In this document: positions 34,578-47,768 of the stretch, piece by piece
How the letters are laid out: each line of letters begins with the position of its first letter
Numbering within the stretch: the first letter of the stretch is position 1
From: Geosiphon pyriformis uo1
Taxonomy: Eukaryota > Fungi > Glomeromycota
DNA: 64,000 nt
Reading direction: 5' to 3'
NCBI GenBank assembly: GCA_016748015.1
Contig: JAAOMT010000328.1
Location: 248,001 to 312,000 of the forward strand
Position numbers and translations under genes: made by a program
The notes under the pieces: generated by a model
The model's database searches: none
Told to the model about the DNA's origin: nothing
The model's input: the letters and a program-made list of their open reading frames with translations, nothing else

Positions 34578-37500
34578 GTGACCACACCAGACACAACAAC
34601 TCTAGAGTATTATCAGTCAATCTACACACACTGCAAGCAAGAATTCAACATCCAAGATGGAATTGAAATTTTCAAGAAATCACTATACCAATACATTGAA
34701 AATCGCATTAATAACTATCTTTTTGGAAACTACAACATTTTAGAAGTCAGAAACAATCTCTACAATAATTTAGTACACTATTCACAATTGGGAACAGAAG
34801 ACCTGAACAGTGAAACACTTGCTACCTATTTTCAAGAACTTAATTTTAATATTATTGAGTATTGTGAAGAAAAATACCCAGTACAGTCTCAATACTCTAT
34901 TGACTTTAAATTAGAAACAGAAACAAGCAACAAAGGCAAACAAAAATTGAAGCAATACTCAAAAACCACTCCAAACACTCCAATACTACAACTGCCAAAC
35001 ACTTGCAAACACCTGAACAAAGAACCAGTGTCAAATTACCACTTTCTATTACACCATTTCCAATTTCACTTGCTCAGCCACAAACACCAAGTTCACTACT
35101 TAACTGTTTCTCCAGACCAGAAGATTTTCAGTCACCTAGAAATCCTACTCAACAGCAGGAACCAATATCAACAAGTGCCAATATCATTGATTACTTACAG
35201 GAAAACGAAAGTAATCATTCAGAGAGTCTGAAAAGTAAAGAAACTGAATCAGAACAAAAAGAAACTACAGAAAACAAAGAAGAAATGGCAACTGCTTATA
35301 TTGCAAAAATTCCAGAATTTACTGGTGAAAATAATGATACCAGTCCTCAAGAATAGCTTGACAAAGTTCAAAAAGCAGAAGATGCAAATAGTTGGATTGC
35401 AACAAGAATGCTCAAAGCAATCTCATACTTCCTCCAAGGAATTGCAGGAGAATAGTTTGAAAATTTAGGAGAACCATTTGAAAACTGGCAAGCATTTAAA
35501 GATGCTTTCTTATAACAATTTACCAACAACAACACATCTATCACTCTTCATAATCACTTTCACAATATCAAACAAAAAACATCTGAAACTGTTATGACCT
35601 ATCTGGAAAGATTCAATAAACTTTTTTGACGAATTCGACAATTGAAAACCAATAAATACTATTCTGATGCCCAGATTCTGGATCAGTTTATAGCAAGATT
35701 AAAGAACAAATTAATCAAGAAAGTTTGCCCACATGCTCCAGAAAACTTAGCAACAGCCATTAAACATGCAAAGAACTATGAAATAGCTATAGAAAAAGCA
35801 AACCACACCAAACTTGTCAATCTAGCTATTGGAGAAACCAGTTCAACAGCTGAAGAGAAGATAGACCAACTCACAAAGAAAGTTGAAAGCTACTTCACAA
35901 ACCAACAACAACAGCAACAACAACCACAAAGATATCAACCCCTATAACAACGCAATCAAAACAATTTTGGATCACCATCCAACAACTAAACTCAAAATTG
36001 TTATTATTGTGGAATTCCAGAACATTGGAAATGGAATTACAGAAAATTGCAAAGAGACCAACAAAATATGAGTAATCAATGTTACTTTTTACCACAACAA
36101 TCTTATTACCAATCTCCACCACCAACTTATTATTTACTAAGACCACAAAATCAAAACAATTACTATCAACCAGCTCCACAACCAATGCAGCAACAAAATT
36201 AGCAATCTTTACCAATTTAGCAATATCAAACACCACCCATTTAACAATATCAAATACCAGCCAGAAGATTGGTTCAACATAATCAATTCACACCCCAAAA
36301 TCAATTTCAGAATAACAACAATAGAATCAATCCAAATAACCAGTTGGTTTCCTGAAATTCTGGTCAACAAAGACCCAGTCACTATTACACTCAATCCAGT
36401 TATCTTACAATGCTTGAAGAATCGGATTTTCAACAATCTGCACTTTCTGAAGGTGAAGTTGCAGCACCAAGATCAAACCCTTTTAACAACACTATTCCAC
36501 CAGCTCAAATTGCCCAAAATACCAATCTCTCAAATATATTCCTATTCGAATTTGAAGCAAATGAATCATTCTTGCTTAGTAATGCAGCAGCTAATAAACA
36601 AAAAGCTATCACTGTCATGTATACTGAAGCTACAGTAGAAAGAAAACCCATTCGATTAATTCTAGACAGTGGATCAGCTGAAAGTATTATCACCTACCAG
36701 TTAATGCAATAGCTTCAAAAAACTGTTGACAGACCAGCCCAAACTGTAATTGTTATAGCAGATGGTATGAAAAAGACACCAGTAGGGGAAATTGACAATT
36801 TCCTATTTACTATTGATGGAATCACTATTTCAGTCAAAGTTCTTGTTATGAATACACCCCAATACCAAGCTCTAGTCGGAAATGATTGGTTTCTTAAGGC
36901 CAATGCAAATTTAGATTGGGAAACCCAAGAATTGAAGATTTTTTACCAAGGACAATACACTAGAGTATCTGCCACCTGTGGTACTTTTAATAAAAAAACT
37001 GAAAAAGCCCCAATATTCGAATTTAAAAAGGAGAAAGAACTACCAGTCACTGAAACCTTTATGGCTCTTGGATCATCATCCAATTGGGCTGAAAAAACAG
37101 AACAAGAAATCTTTGAAGAGACCAGAGGATAAAATGTAGTTAAATATTCTACACCAGAACCATGGAAACAACCATCCTACATTCCACTCAAATACAAAAA
37201 TTGCAACAAAAACTTTTATTAATAGGAGCATGTATTTCTCCAGAAGAAGAATATGAAACTTGCATCTGTTATTTTTGCAAAGCATGTTATAGAAAACGAT
37301 TTGGATACCCTAAAAGAAGTGGAAAATGGGACAACACTCTTTGTCTCACATGTGGAAATATGTTATCAGAAGAATGCAACTGGATTGATGTTGCAATGAG
37401 AGGAGGAGTATGTGATCAAATCTGTTAATATGCTCTATCAATTTCGGAAAAAATCAGAAGAGGAACACCATTTGATGCAGCATACAATAGTGCTCTTAAT

Positions 37501-40187
37501 AAACTTTACCACTACCCTCATGATATTGAAATAATCTTTGATTTAGCAATGGCTTTAATTAATAGAGCCACACAGGAAGATATCCGCCAAATGAAAGAAG
37601 CTAAGTACATTAAATATACAATAGAATTAGTTAGATTCAACTATGAAGATGAGGTAGAGACATATTACCAAATTGCAAATCACACATATCCAATACAAGA
37701 AGCTCAAATTCAACAATTAGAGCAAATAAACATTCAATTGTGTAAAGAATGCATCATGCCTTGTGATAACAAATGATGTCCAGAATGCTATGCTCTTAAC
37801 ATTTCTCTGCCCAGTGAAAATAACCAGGAAGAAATCGAATTTGGGAAACCTGAAACAAAGAAAGAAATCACAACAACACCAATCTATCTTATTGAAAACC
37901 AGCCTATTATACAACTCAAATACTTTGAAAACAATGGGCAAGGAATAAAACCAAAAAAAGCCCACAAAATTGATGTAGAATATGACCTCAGATATTCTGG
38001 CAAAGACATTTTGGTTCTCCAACCAAAGTCCTTGACAAAAATCAATCTTAAAATTGCTCTTAAAATTTCACCTGGAGCAATAGTTCAAATTACATTCAGA
38101 TCATCATTGGCAAGCAAAGGAATCAATATTAGAGGAGGAGTCATAGATGCAGGATATACTGGAGATATTACTATCATGTTGTAAAATGAAACAGACAAAC
38201 CATTCAGGATTGGACATGTTGAGAAATTGCCCAAGCAATTTACCTACTCTTAATCAACATTTTGGGTTTACAATCAGTGAAGAACAGAAAACAATTGGGA
38301 AAAAGTGAAAGAAGAACTCAAGATTTTGGTTCAACTGGACTATTTACAATGCCAGTAAACATAGCTCTCAATACACAAAATGAATCCCACCAGATTCTTC
38401 AACTTCCCCAACCAATTACCATTTCATCTTTTGGAAAACATCACGAAATTTACACCTGCTCAAAACCCATCACTACTCAACAAATTTTTGAATCCAATAA
38501 ACAAATCTGTTTGAAGCATGAAATCTCAATCCCAAACGTTTATATTCCTAAAGGAATGAAAAAATTTTGAGTTATATTCTACAACCCCAACAGTTACTCT
38601 ATTGTCCTATTAAATAAATTAGAAATTGGAATCATACATAATAACATCTTCCAAGATGAAAACCCTTAAATTGTCTCTAATTTCATCGAAATTATAAGAC
38701 ATACTCTACTTCCAAATCCAAACATCATTTCTACTACTGAAAACTACCACCTTTTGGAAGAAAAACTCTCTCGAATTAACATGGGTTCTCTAGAACCCCA
38801 ACAACAAAAACAATTGAAACAGCTAATAGCTGAATTTGCAGATATCTTTGCAAAAAACAACAATGACTTTAGAAAAACTGATATTGTTCAACATCAAATT
38901 CACACAGGAGATGCTTTACCAAAAAAACAACAAGCTTATTGAGTGCCACCTGCCAGCCACCAATTCATCAGAAAAGAGGTCCAAAGAATGTTCAATAATA
39001 GATTAATTCAACCATCAAGAAGTCTTTGGGCCTCACCAGTAGTTTTAGTTAAAAAGAAAAACGGAAAAATCAAATTCTGTGTTGATTATAGACAACTGAA
39101 TAGTGTTACAATTGGAAATGCCTACCCTCTTCCAAGAATTAATAACATGCTAGATGCTCTAAAAAAAGCCAAGTTCTTCTCAACTTTAGACTTGAAAAGT
39201 GGATACTGGCAAGTCGAAATGGACCCAAAAGATAGACTTAAAACAGCATTTACTATCCAAGAAGGGAACTATGAATTCAATGTTATGTCTTTTGGACTCT
39301 GCAATACACCAGCAATATTTTAATGACTTATAGATGTTGTATATGAAGGATTTTTATGGCAATTAGTAGTTGTCTATCTTGATGACACTGATGTATACTC
39401 ACCAAGCTTTGAAACCCATCTTATCCACCTGTGAGAAGTTTTTCAATGATTATGGAAAGCAGGATTAAAGTTAAACATTGAAAAATGTCACTTTGGAAAA
39501 ACAAGCTTAATTTTTCTTGGACACATTGTTAGCAAAAATGGAGTCAAACCAAACCCTGGAACAATCAGCACTGTTAAAAACTTTCAAACTCCCAAGAATA
39601 CCACAGAGCTATGAGGATTTGTAGAATTAGCCTCTTATTGTAAAAAATTCATAAAAAGATTCTCAAAAATTGCCAAACCATTCAACTATCTTATCAACAA
39701 AAATGTGCCATATCAATGGACTAAAGAACAACAAAAAGCTTTTAAAACTCTCAAAACAAAATTGACAACAGCCCCAATTCTTGCTTACCCAGACTTTAAC
39801 AAACAGTTTCAACTAGCCACTAATGCTTCACACATAGCATTTGGTGCCATTCTATTACAATTAAATGAAAATGGCCAGGAACAAGTCATTGTCTATGCCA
39901 GTAGAACACTCAAGCCAACAGAACTCAAATATGGCTCAACTGAATTGGAAGCTGCCACAGTCATTTGGGCTGTTAAACATTTTCAACAATATCTGAAGAA
40001 TGGAAAAGAATTTGACATTATAACTGACAATATTGGTCTCAAATGGCTCAATAAAAAGAAAACTAAACAAAATGCCAAACAGTCTTGATGAAATGACTTT
40101 CTAGCAGACTACAGATACATTGTACACCACAAACCAGAAAAACTACATACCAATGTTAATAGCCTCTCAAGAATAAGACAAGATTAA
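34578..40187 (+). pseudogene. Element B polyprotein: N-terminal extension, capsid, CCHC knuckle, aspartic protease, Cys-rich region, dUTPase, RT, RNase H
   Basis: MATAYIAKIPEFTGE; CYYCGIPEH; LILDSGSAES; FCVDYRQLN, LDLKSGYWQV, YLDD; YASRTLKPTE; ends VNSLSRIRQD*. Multiple nonsense mutations. Confidence 0.9.
37945..38341 (+). pseudogene. dUTPase domain in element B
   Basis: All five trimeric dUTPase motifs are recognisable: VEYDL, RSSLASKG, GGVIDAGYTGDI, (I)AQ and ERRTQDFGSTG. Confidence 0.9.
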
Positions 40188-40244
40188 CACCAACAACAAT
40201 TCCACCACAACTTACCAATCTACCAACAAAATAACCAAACAACA

Positions 40245-41630
40245 ATGAATCCCAAAAACTACAGCAATCTTAAAAACTATTTGGAGACCCTTACCATGCC
40301 AGAAAATTGGTCTCCAGGTAAAAAACATTGTTTACAATACCAATCAAAACAATATTTCATACACCACAACAAAATCTATTATAAAAATTGCAAAAATTCA
40401 AATCAACTACTCAAATTAGTACAAAAAAAAGAAAAAGAAACAATTTTATACAACATGTACACAGATCCGTCCTCAGCACACTTGGGAAGAGATGGAACAA
40501 TTCAAAGAACTTTTGAACATTATTTTTGGCCTCACATGCAAAAAGACATTCGACAATATATAGAATCTTGTGATAGTTGTCAAAGAAGAGAAGGAATTCA
40601 CTTCACAGAACCTTTAAATCCAATCAAAGTTGGACAACCTTTTAACAGAGTTGGAATTGATCTAGTTGGACCATTACCTATCACAACCCAAGGAAATTGT
40701 TATATTGCAGTTGCAGTAGATTATCTTACCAAATGGCCTGAAGCTAGAGCCATCCAAAGAGCAGATGCAAAATTAATAGCAAATTTCATCTATGAAGACA
40801 TTATATGTAGACATGGATGTCTAATTGAACTTTTATTTAATCAAAGAACACATTTTGTGAACAACTTAATACAAAAAATTTGTGAACAATTCAATGTCAA
40901 AAAACCTCTATCATCACCTTATCACCCTCAAACAAATAAACTTGTAAAACATTTCAACAGAACATTGTGTGAATCTTTAGCCAAAGTCTCAACAAACTTT
41001 GAACAAAAATGGGATATCTTTATTTCATTAGTATTACTAGCATACAGAACACTAAAACAAGATACTACAAAACACACATCATTTGATCTTATATATAGAA
41101 AGACAGCAATATTACCAATTAATTTTACAGTGAAAACATATTTAGTGCAACCAATCAATGAAGAAAACTTCTAAGAAACACTCCAAAGAAGAGCTTATAT
41201 TCTTCTTAGCACATTGGAAGAAAAAAAACACATAGCAGCCACTCATATTGAATATTTCCAAGCCCTACAAAAAGAAAGACATGACAACAAACTGCTACCA
41301 GTTACCAACGAATTTAAGATTGGAAATAAAGTTCTCTTACACAGAACTAAGGCTGAAAAACAATAGAGTGGAAAATTTGAACATAAATGAAATGGACCAT
41401 TTTATATTCACAAAATTTTAGGCAATGAATCATACAAGTTAAGACTTGATGACAAAGTACTTATAAAAGTTGCACATAGAGATAGATTGAAACACTATTA
41501 TTCTAAAAACAATCCTGAACCATTAATTCCACAAATTAATACATATTCTCCTATAGTTAATCCTGAAGATATTCTTCAAAATTTAGAACCAATAGTTATA
41601 ATAAAACAACAACCAAACTTGAACACTTAA
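40245..41630 (+). pseudogene. Integrase of element B (HHCC, DDE core, GPY/F motif; no chromodomain seen)
   Basis: ATG at 40245; AHLG...CDSCQR; VGIDLVGPL; DYLTKWPEA; PYHPQTN; K*NGPFYI. Confidence 0.92.
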
Positions 41631-41786
41631 TTTAATATTTATAATAATCTTTTTAAAAATATAAACAAAATATAAAACAAAAATAGTAAATAATTACAAG
41701 AAACATTCAAACCCAAAAACAAATAAAAACTCTATACCCAAAAATAATTTTTTTTATTTTTTTCTTTATTAGTTAGTCATTTTATC

Positions 41787-42491
41787 ATGATTATTCCCTG
41801 AAATATTCAACAAATATCCTAAAAATTAATGTTAGTCTTGAAAACACTTCCTGACTTATTCATAACAATTAATGGAAGTCAAATTAATTACATTTAGAAA
41901 AAAACTACAGCCCCAGTAGTAAATAATTCGCAGAACTATTACCTCTATAGAAGAAAAACAAGAAGTCACTCTGGAAATAGATTACCAGAACTTTTGAAGC
42001 AAGCATTGAAAGAAAATTTTTTAATTGCCCCTATTGACATTCTACCAAATGCTATATTGTAAAAACTTCTACTATTTCTTAATGAACAAAACAATGAATA
42101 TACCCCTATATATAGATATTTTCATATTGGAAAAACACTTTATGAACGAAAACTGGAACTTGAAGCAACCAACATTACTCCTGAAACTGTACAAAAACAA
42201 ATTCACAATGAATTTAAGGCAGCAGCTGGCCCAAAAAACACTCACTACAAACTTAAAACAGCTTTTAGACTCTATGATTTGTTCAATGCTTGTGAAAATG
42301 TCCTACAAAATCCAATGCTGCAACCAATGAAAGTTCAATACATTGGCAAACTCACAAAACTGAAATTTCAACAATTTTTAGACCAAATTACTTCAATTAT
42401 TCTGGACTACTATTTTGACATCACAGATAGTGCTTGGACTTTGATGGAGCTCAGTCTTGAGGAGGAGATTATGTTACCAGTAGAATTTTAG
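41787..42491 (+). pseudogene. ORF3 of element B (unknown function, env position)
   Basis: One frame of ~234 codons with four internal stops (…YRYFHIGKTLYERKLEL…KTAFRLYDLFNAC…), ending inside the 3' LTR. Confidence 0.7.
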
Positions 42492-43440
42492 CTATTAATT
42501 AGCATGAAATTATCTTTATAATTCTTATTATTAAGTAACATATTATTATCATTTCGATTATTACTTATTAATTAGCCAAATTATCAAATATTATTACTCA
42601 ATCAATAACCCGATTTGTACCATAGAAATTAAGATGATCAAATTACACAATACCCTAAACCATTTAATATAGTCAAAATTCGCCAAAATTAATGGAAAAA
42701 TTGCCGAAATAATCAATAATTCGTAAAAATAACTTGTAGTTTGCCAAAATGTATCTTTAGTTCACCCAAATTGTAGAAAAGAGAAAAATGCAAGTTCAAA
42801 GACTAGTACTACAACAAGTTGTATAAAAAAAAAGCTTCTCTCTTCAAGAAAATATATTTTTCTTATATCTTACTATAGTATCTTACTGTAGATATCTTAA
42901 TTGAAACAAATTACTTTTTACAAAATCAAATAAAAATCAAATATTTGAAAACCAAATTCTTAAATTATTATACTTAAAATTCCCTCAATACAATTAATGT
43001 TTTGAAATTGATTAGCTACCAATTTCAGTAAACTGTTAGTGACTCCAGGCCTGGATAGAAAACGTTTCCCTTGATAAAATCCTATTTATTTTACATTTCT
43101 TTTACATTTCTTTTATTTTCTTATTACAAATTATTAGGGTAGCCTACAGACAAAATTCCTGTAGAAAAGTCGACTTTTACAGCAAAGTAACTATACATTT
43201 TTAGTGAGCTTCCAGATGAGCAATTCCTGAAAAAGAGTTGATGTTTACTACAACATAACTACACAAAGTAACTGGCATGGAATTGGCCATTCTACTTATA
43301 AGCCCAGCAGTTCAAATTATAAGAGATAATTTGAAGATAAATTCAATTATTAGAGATTCAACTACTTCTAGAAAACATGAATTTAAAACAAACAGACATT
43401 AATAACATTTAAGAAAAAAGACCAAAAACCTCCAGTAATA
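42472..43440 (+). repeat. 3' LTR of element B
   Basis: Follows the PPT and ends CAGTAATA before the TSD GCAT. Confidence 0.93.
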
Positions 43441-43789
43441 GCATTTAGAGCAGTTAAATACTTGATTATATTAATATTGCTTAATTCCCTGTAACTTTCA
43501 ATATTGTAATAAGTGTGACCTCATTTACAATCCACCAATCTGCATGATCTATATGATCTTTGAAGAAGAAGGATCAATCAGCAACTGTGCATCAGAATTG
43601 GAATCAACTTTCAATCCCAATTCAAACTCTGACAATGATGATGACAAAAACAATGGTTCCAGCTCTGCTCAATGTGACAATAGAAAATATAGTGATTCAA
43701 ACTCTGATTCAAATCCCAAAACATATATCACACTCCCTGATTTCACCAAGGAACAGAAACTTAAATGGTTCAGCAATAATAATGAAGGT

Positions 43790-44062
43790 ATTATGCCAGA
43801 ATATGTGCATGATACCAATGCAGAGTTTGATCTGAGATATCTGAGAAAAGATCTCATCAAATTGGAATCCCATTTGTACACTGGCATTGATTTCAAAATA
43901 GCACTGGAAATCTCAGCAACAACAATAGTTCAGTTAGCATCTAGGAGTAGCTTAGCCAAAAGAGGAATTAACATCAGAGAGAAAATAATTGATGCAGAAT
44001 ATATAGGAAATATTATTGTGATGCTACAAAATGATTCAGAAAAGACATATATTGTAGAATAG
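43790..44062 (+). pseudogene. Partial dUTPase domain in element A
   Basis: HDTNAEFDLRY, ASRSSLAKRGINI, IIDAEYIGNIIVMLQN. C-terminal motifs are missing. Confidence 0.82.
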
Positions 44063-46081
44063 ATGTACCAGTTAATATGGCAGAAGAAGAAATTATTGAC
44101 AAAAGAGAAATTATCTCCACCCATCAATCAATTTTCATTCCACCATATGACCAATACATGGTAGTCATAGAAAGAAAAGTAAAAGATCAGATACAGATTT
44201 TTGAAGTGGAAGCAACACTTTGTGAATCAGGAAAGATTGGATTAGTTAATTTACACATACCAGCAAAGAACCACAGTCACATTAAAATCCTCATTTACAA
44301 CAACACAGAAGATATCATTGAAATACCAGCAGGAATTACCATTGGATACTTGACCACAGAAATTGAAAATCAACTTTTAGACACCATTCCAGACTTTTTA
44401 CAACTGTGCAGATATGTAGACATTACATCACAAACAATATACAGATGAGAAGAATGTTATCTGCTTCAACCAAAACAGTTGGAGCAAATGAACATAGAAA
44501 ACTTGGACCCACTTCAACATATGTAGTTTAAGATGTTGCTTAACAACTTTAATAACATTTTTGTCAGCAAAAATGAATTTGGCAGAACTAACATCATTCA
44601 ACATCAAATCAAAACTGGAGATGCAACACCAATTAAACAGAGAGCATACAGAATGCCACCAGCTAGCCATGAGATCATCTGTCAAGAAATCAATCAGATG
44701 CTTGACAATGGACTAATTCAGCCATCAATGAGTCCATAGTCATCACTAGTGGTACTAATCTATAAGAAGAATGGAAAAATCTGCTTTTATGTGGATTACC
44801 AGAAACTGAATAGAGTAACAAAAGAAAACAGCTACCCAACTCCAAAGATCCAAGAACTTTTCAATGCTTTTGAAGAAAAGAAATGGTTCTTAATATTATA
44901 CTTAGACAGTGGTTACTGACAAGTAGCCATGAACCCAGAAGATAAAAAAAAGACAGCTTTTACAACACAGAAAGGAAATTTTGAATTTGAAGTAATGCCA
45001 TTTGGCTTGATAAATGCACCAGCAACATTCCAATGGCTAATGAAAATTGTATATACTGGACTACTATGGAAATCAGTAGTTATATACTTGAATGACACCA
45101 ATGTGTTTTCAAAAATATTCAATGACCATTTACATCATCTTCAACAAGTGTTTGAAAGACTAAAAAGAGCCAGATTAAAGCTAAATACAACTAAATGTTT
45201 CTTTGGAAAAACTGAACTCAAGTTTTTGGAACATGTGATAAGCAAAGATAGAATTAAAACGGATCCAAATAAAATTGCAATAGTAAAGAACTTTTTAGTA
45301 CCAGCCAACTTGACAGAACTAAGAGCATTTTTGGGATTTACTAGATATTATTATCATTTCATCAAAGACTTTTCTAAACTGGTCTAGCCACTTCATTATT
45401 TACAAACTAAGAATGTAAAGTATGAATGGACAGAAGCTCAGCAGGAGGCATTTAACACACTGAGAAGAAAGCTTATTCAAGCTCTAGTGTTGATGTATCC
45501 AGATTACAACAAATCATTTATCATCATTACTAATGTATCAAACCAGGCATTGGGAGCAGTATTGTTTCAGAAAAAACTGGACAGATGAAAACATCCAGTA
45601 GCTTATGCAAGTAGAAGCTTAAGTCCAGCTGAAAAGAACCATGGAACTCCAGTACTGGAACATTTAGCTATCTATTAAGCTGTTATCAAATGGAAAGAAT
45701 ATTTGAGTCAAAAGTTTGATGTGTACACCAATCACAAAGGGTTGACTTCAATTCAGAAACAAGAATTTGCAGATGACCGCCATACCAGATGGAAAATAGA
45801 ACTTTCACCATTTAATTATATAGTACATTACAAAAAGAGAAAAAAAAATGGAAATGCCAATGGTCTGTTGCAAATAAGACAAATCTAAAAACATTTCAAC
45901 CCAAAAATATAACAAAAAATGAATATACAAAAATAACCAACACCCAATTTGAAGAATTACAGAACAAAATAACCTAAGTAATTCTTGAAAAAAAAGTTCA
46001 AGAAATACTCAAAGACAGAGAATTAGAGTTAGAAGATTTAGGAGATCTTGATGGAGCTTAATATTAAAAAAAAGAGAATAA

Positions 46082-46908
46082 TGTTACTTATAGAATATAA
46101 GGAGTATATTAGCATATAAATTAGCCAATCAGGGGTAGCCATAGTAAATGTGGAATTCCAGGATTCCTCTTAAAGAGAATTGCAGGATTCCAGAAATTTC
46201 AGGATTCTCATACAAAGAATTGCTGGATTCCAGAATTCCAGGATTCCTGGTGTAAAAAATTGAGAAATTGAGAAATCTCAATTATGTATATATAGCAGTA
46301 GTGCTAGAAGTAGAAAAGACAGAATCTTTTTAGTTAGAGACCTCCCAGTTTAGATTTGATCTAAACAAACATTTTATTTACAACTATCAATAAATAATTA
46401 TTCACCATCTCAATTCACTCTCCACTATCAACACTTCATGTTGATAGTAATTGACACTTAACCACACTAGAACAATAGCTCTTGATTACAGTTATTAACA
46501 GGATACTAACTTGCAATTGCTGTTGTTTATTTTTTTTATCTTTTTTTATTTTCTTTTATTTTTTTTGTATTTCTTTTTGGTTGACTAATTGATTAAAGAT
46601 TAAGCATTGAGATACAGACATCATAGAGACTGGTAAAAGACCCATGAAACAAGAGTAGAACACTCATAGATTTGAGGATAGCTTACCAGGAGAATTACTG
46701 GCTATCACACTGAGAAAAAAATTTGATAGAATTGCGATTCTAGGAGGCTACTGAAAACAACTATTAAATCTCTGTTTATTATACAAAAAACTCCACAACA
46801 AAACTTTCAGATCAACAAAACCTTCAGATATCAACACCAGAATACCAACCAAGCACCAAATTACGGATTTGTTATTTGCTTTGAGGCCCCAAATAATTAT
46901 CTGTAACA
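46082..46908 (+). repeat. 3' LTR of element A
   Basis: Preceded by a purine tract; differs from the 5' LTR mainly by transitions. Confidence 0.93.
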
Positions 46909-47768
46909 ATGCTAAAATTTTATAGTTTTTTTCAACTGTACTTAAATTTTGGCTAGTATATATCATTAAATATTCTTATCCATTTGATTTTTTTGTAATA
47001 ACACAGCTCCTAATGCTTGGTCTAATGTATTTGTAATAATAATAAATAGTTTATTATAATTTGGATAAATTAATACTGAAGTTTGAATAAGCTTTTTTTT
47101 AATATATTAAAAACTTCTTATTGCTTTTCAGTCTATTCATATTTGGTGTTTTTGGCTTAGAGTTAGTTAAGTAATTGAACCAACTTAAATAAATTGTGGA
47201 TAAAATGTCAATAGTACTTGACAAATTCCAGAAATAATTGGAGTTCAATAAGATTGATAGGTACTGAAAAGTTCTTAACTATCTCAATTTTGTCTGGATT
47301 TATTTTGATGCTGTTTTTGCTTATAATATGTTTCAAAAACTTGAGTTCTGTTTTTCCAAAAAAGCACTTGGTAGTATTCAGTTTTAATTCTATTTGTTTT
47401 AATCTTTTAAATACTTATTGGAGATAATAAAGATAATCATTAAATATTCTGAAGAAAATATTAGTGTTATTTAAGTAAACTATTACTAATTTCTATAATA
47501 ATTTAGTATAAACAATTTCTAATAACTATTAAAAAGTAGCTGGAATATTGGTTAAACCAAAAAGCATAATATTAAATTCAAAATTCTCTTCTTTTATAAT
47601 AAATGCTGTTTTTTTCTTATTAATTATATTTATGACTATTTACCAATAATTACTATCTAAGTTCAATATAGAAAACTATTTTTTTTACCAAAAGCATCAA
47701 ATAATTTTTGAATTTATGGAGTTGGATAGCTGTTTTTATGAGTAATATTGTTCAGTTTTCTGTAATCT

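Larger units (their letters stand above)
33562..43440 (+). mobile_element. Full-length Ty3/Gypsy LTR retrotransposon 'B' nested in A, TSD GCAT
   Basis: LTRs at 33562-34529 and 42472-43440; GCAT at 33558-33561 and 43441-43444; PBS-like TTTGATGCTCTC; PPT GAGGAGGAGA at 42459-42468; contains gag, PR, dUTPase, RT, RH, integrase and ORF3. Confidence 0.95.
29081..46908 (+). mobile_element. Ty3/Gypsy LTR retrotransposon 'A' (gag-PR-Cys-rich-dUTPase-RT-RH, no integrase), TSD ATGC, interrupted by element B
   Basis: TGTTA...TAACA LTRs; ATGC at 29077-29080 and 46909-46912; CHYC knuckle, LILDSRSAGS protease, RSSLAKRGINI dUTPase, EVMPFGLINAPATFQ and YLND RT, YASRSLSPAEKN RNase H. Confidence 0.92.
25990..47768 (-). 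mobile_element. Old, heavily decayed Ty3/Gypsy element 'O' (3' LTR ~25990-26750; integrase/RNase H/RT remnants), split by element A; boundaries approximate
   Basis: Minus-strand RNase H text YTSQNLSTVEKNYKILA|LKHLAIY is continuous across 46909/29080. Also seen: FDVCTDHK near 29000, NPDKIEIVKNF near 47290, VIVYLNN (YLDD) near 47480, and a remnant resembling LTR-A at ~26010-26260. Confidence 0.7.
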
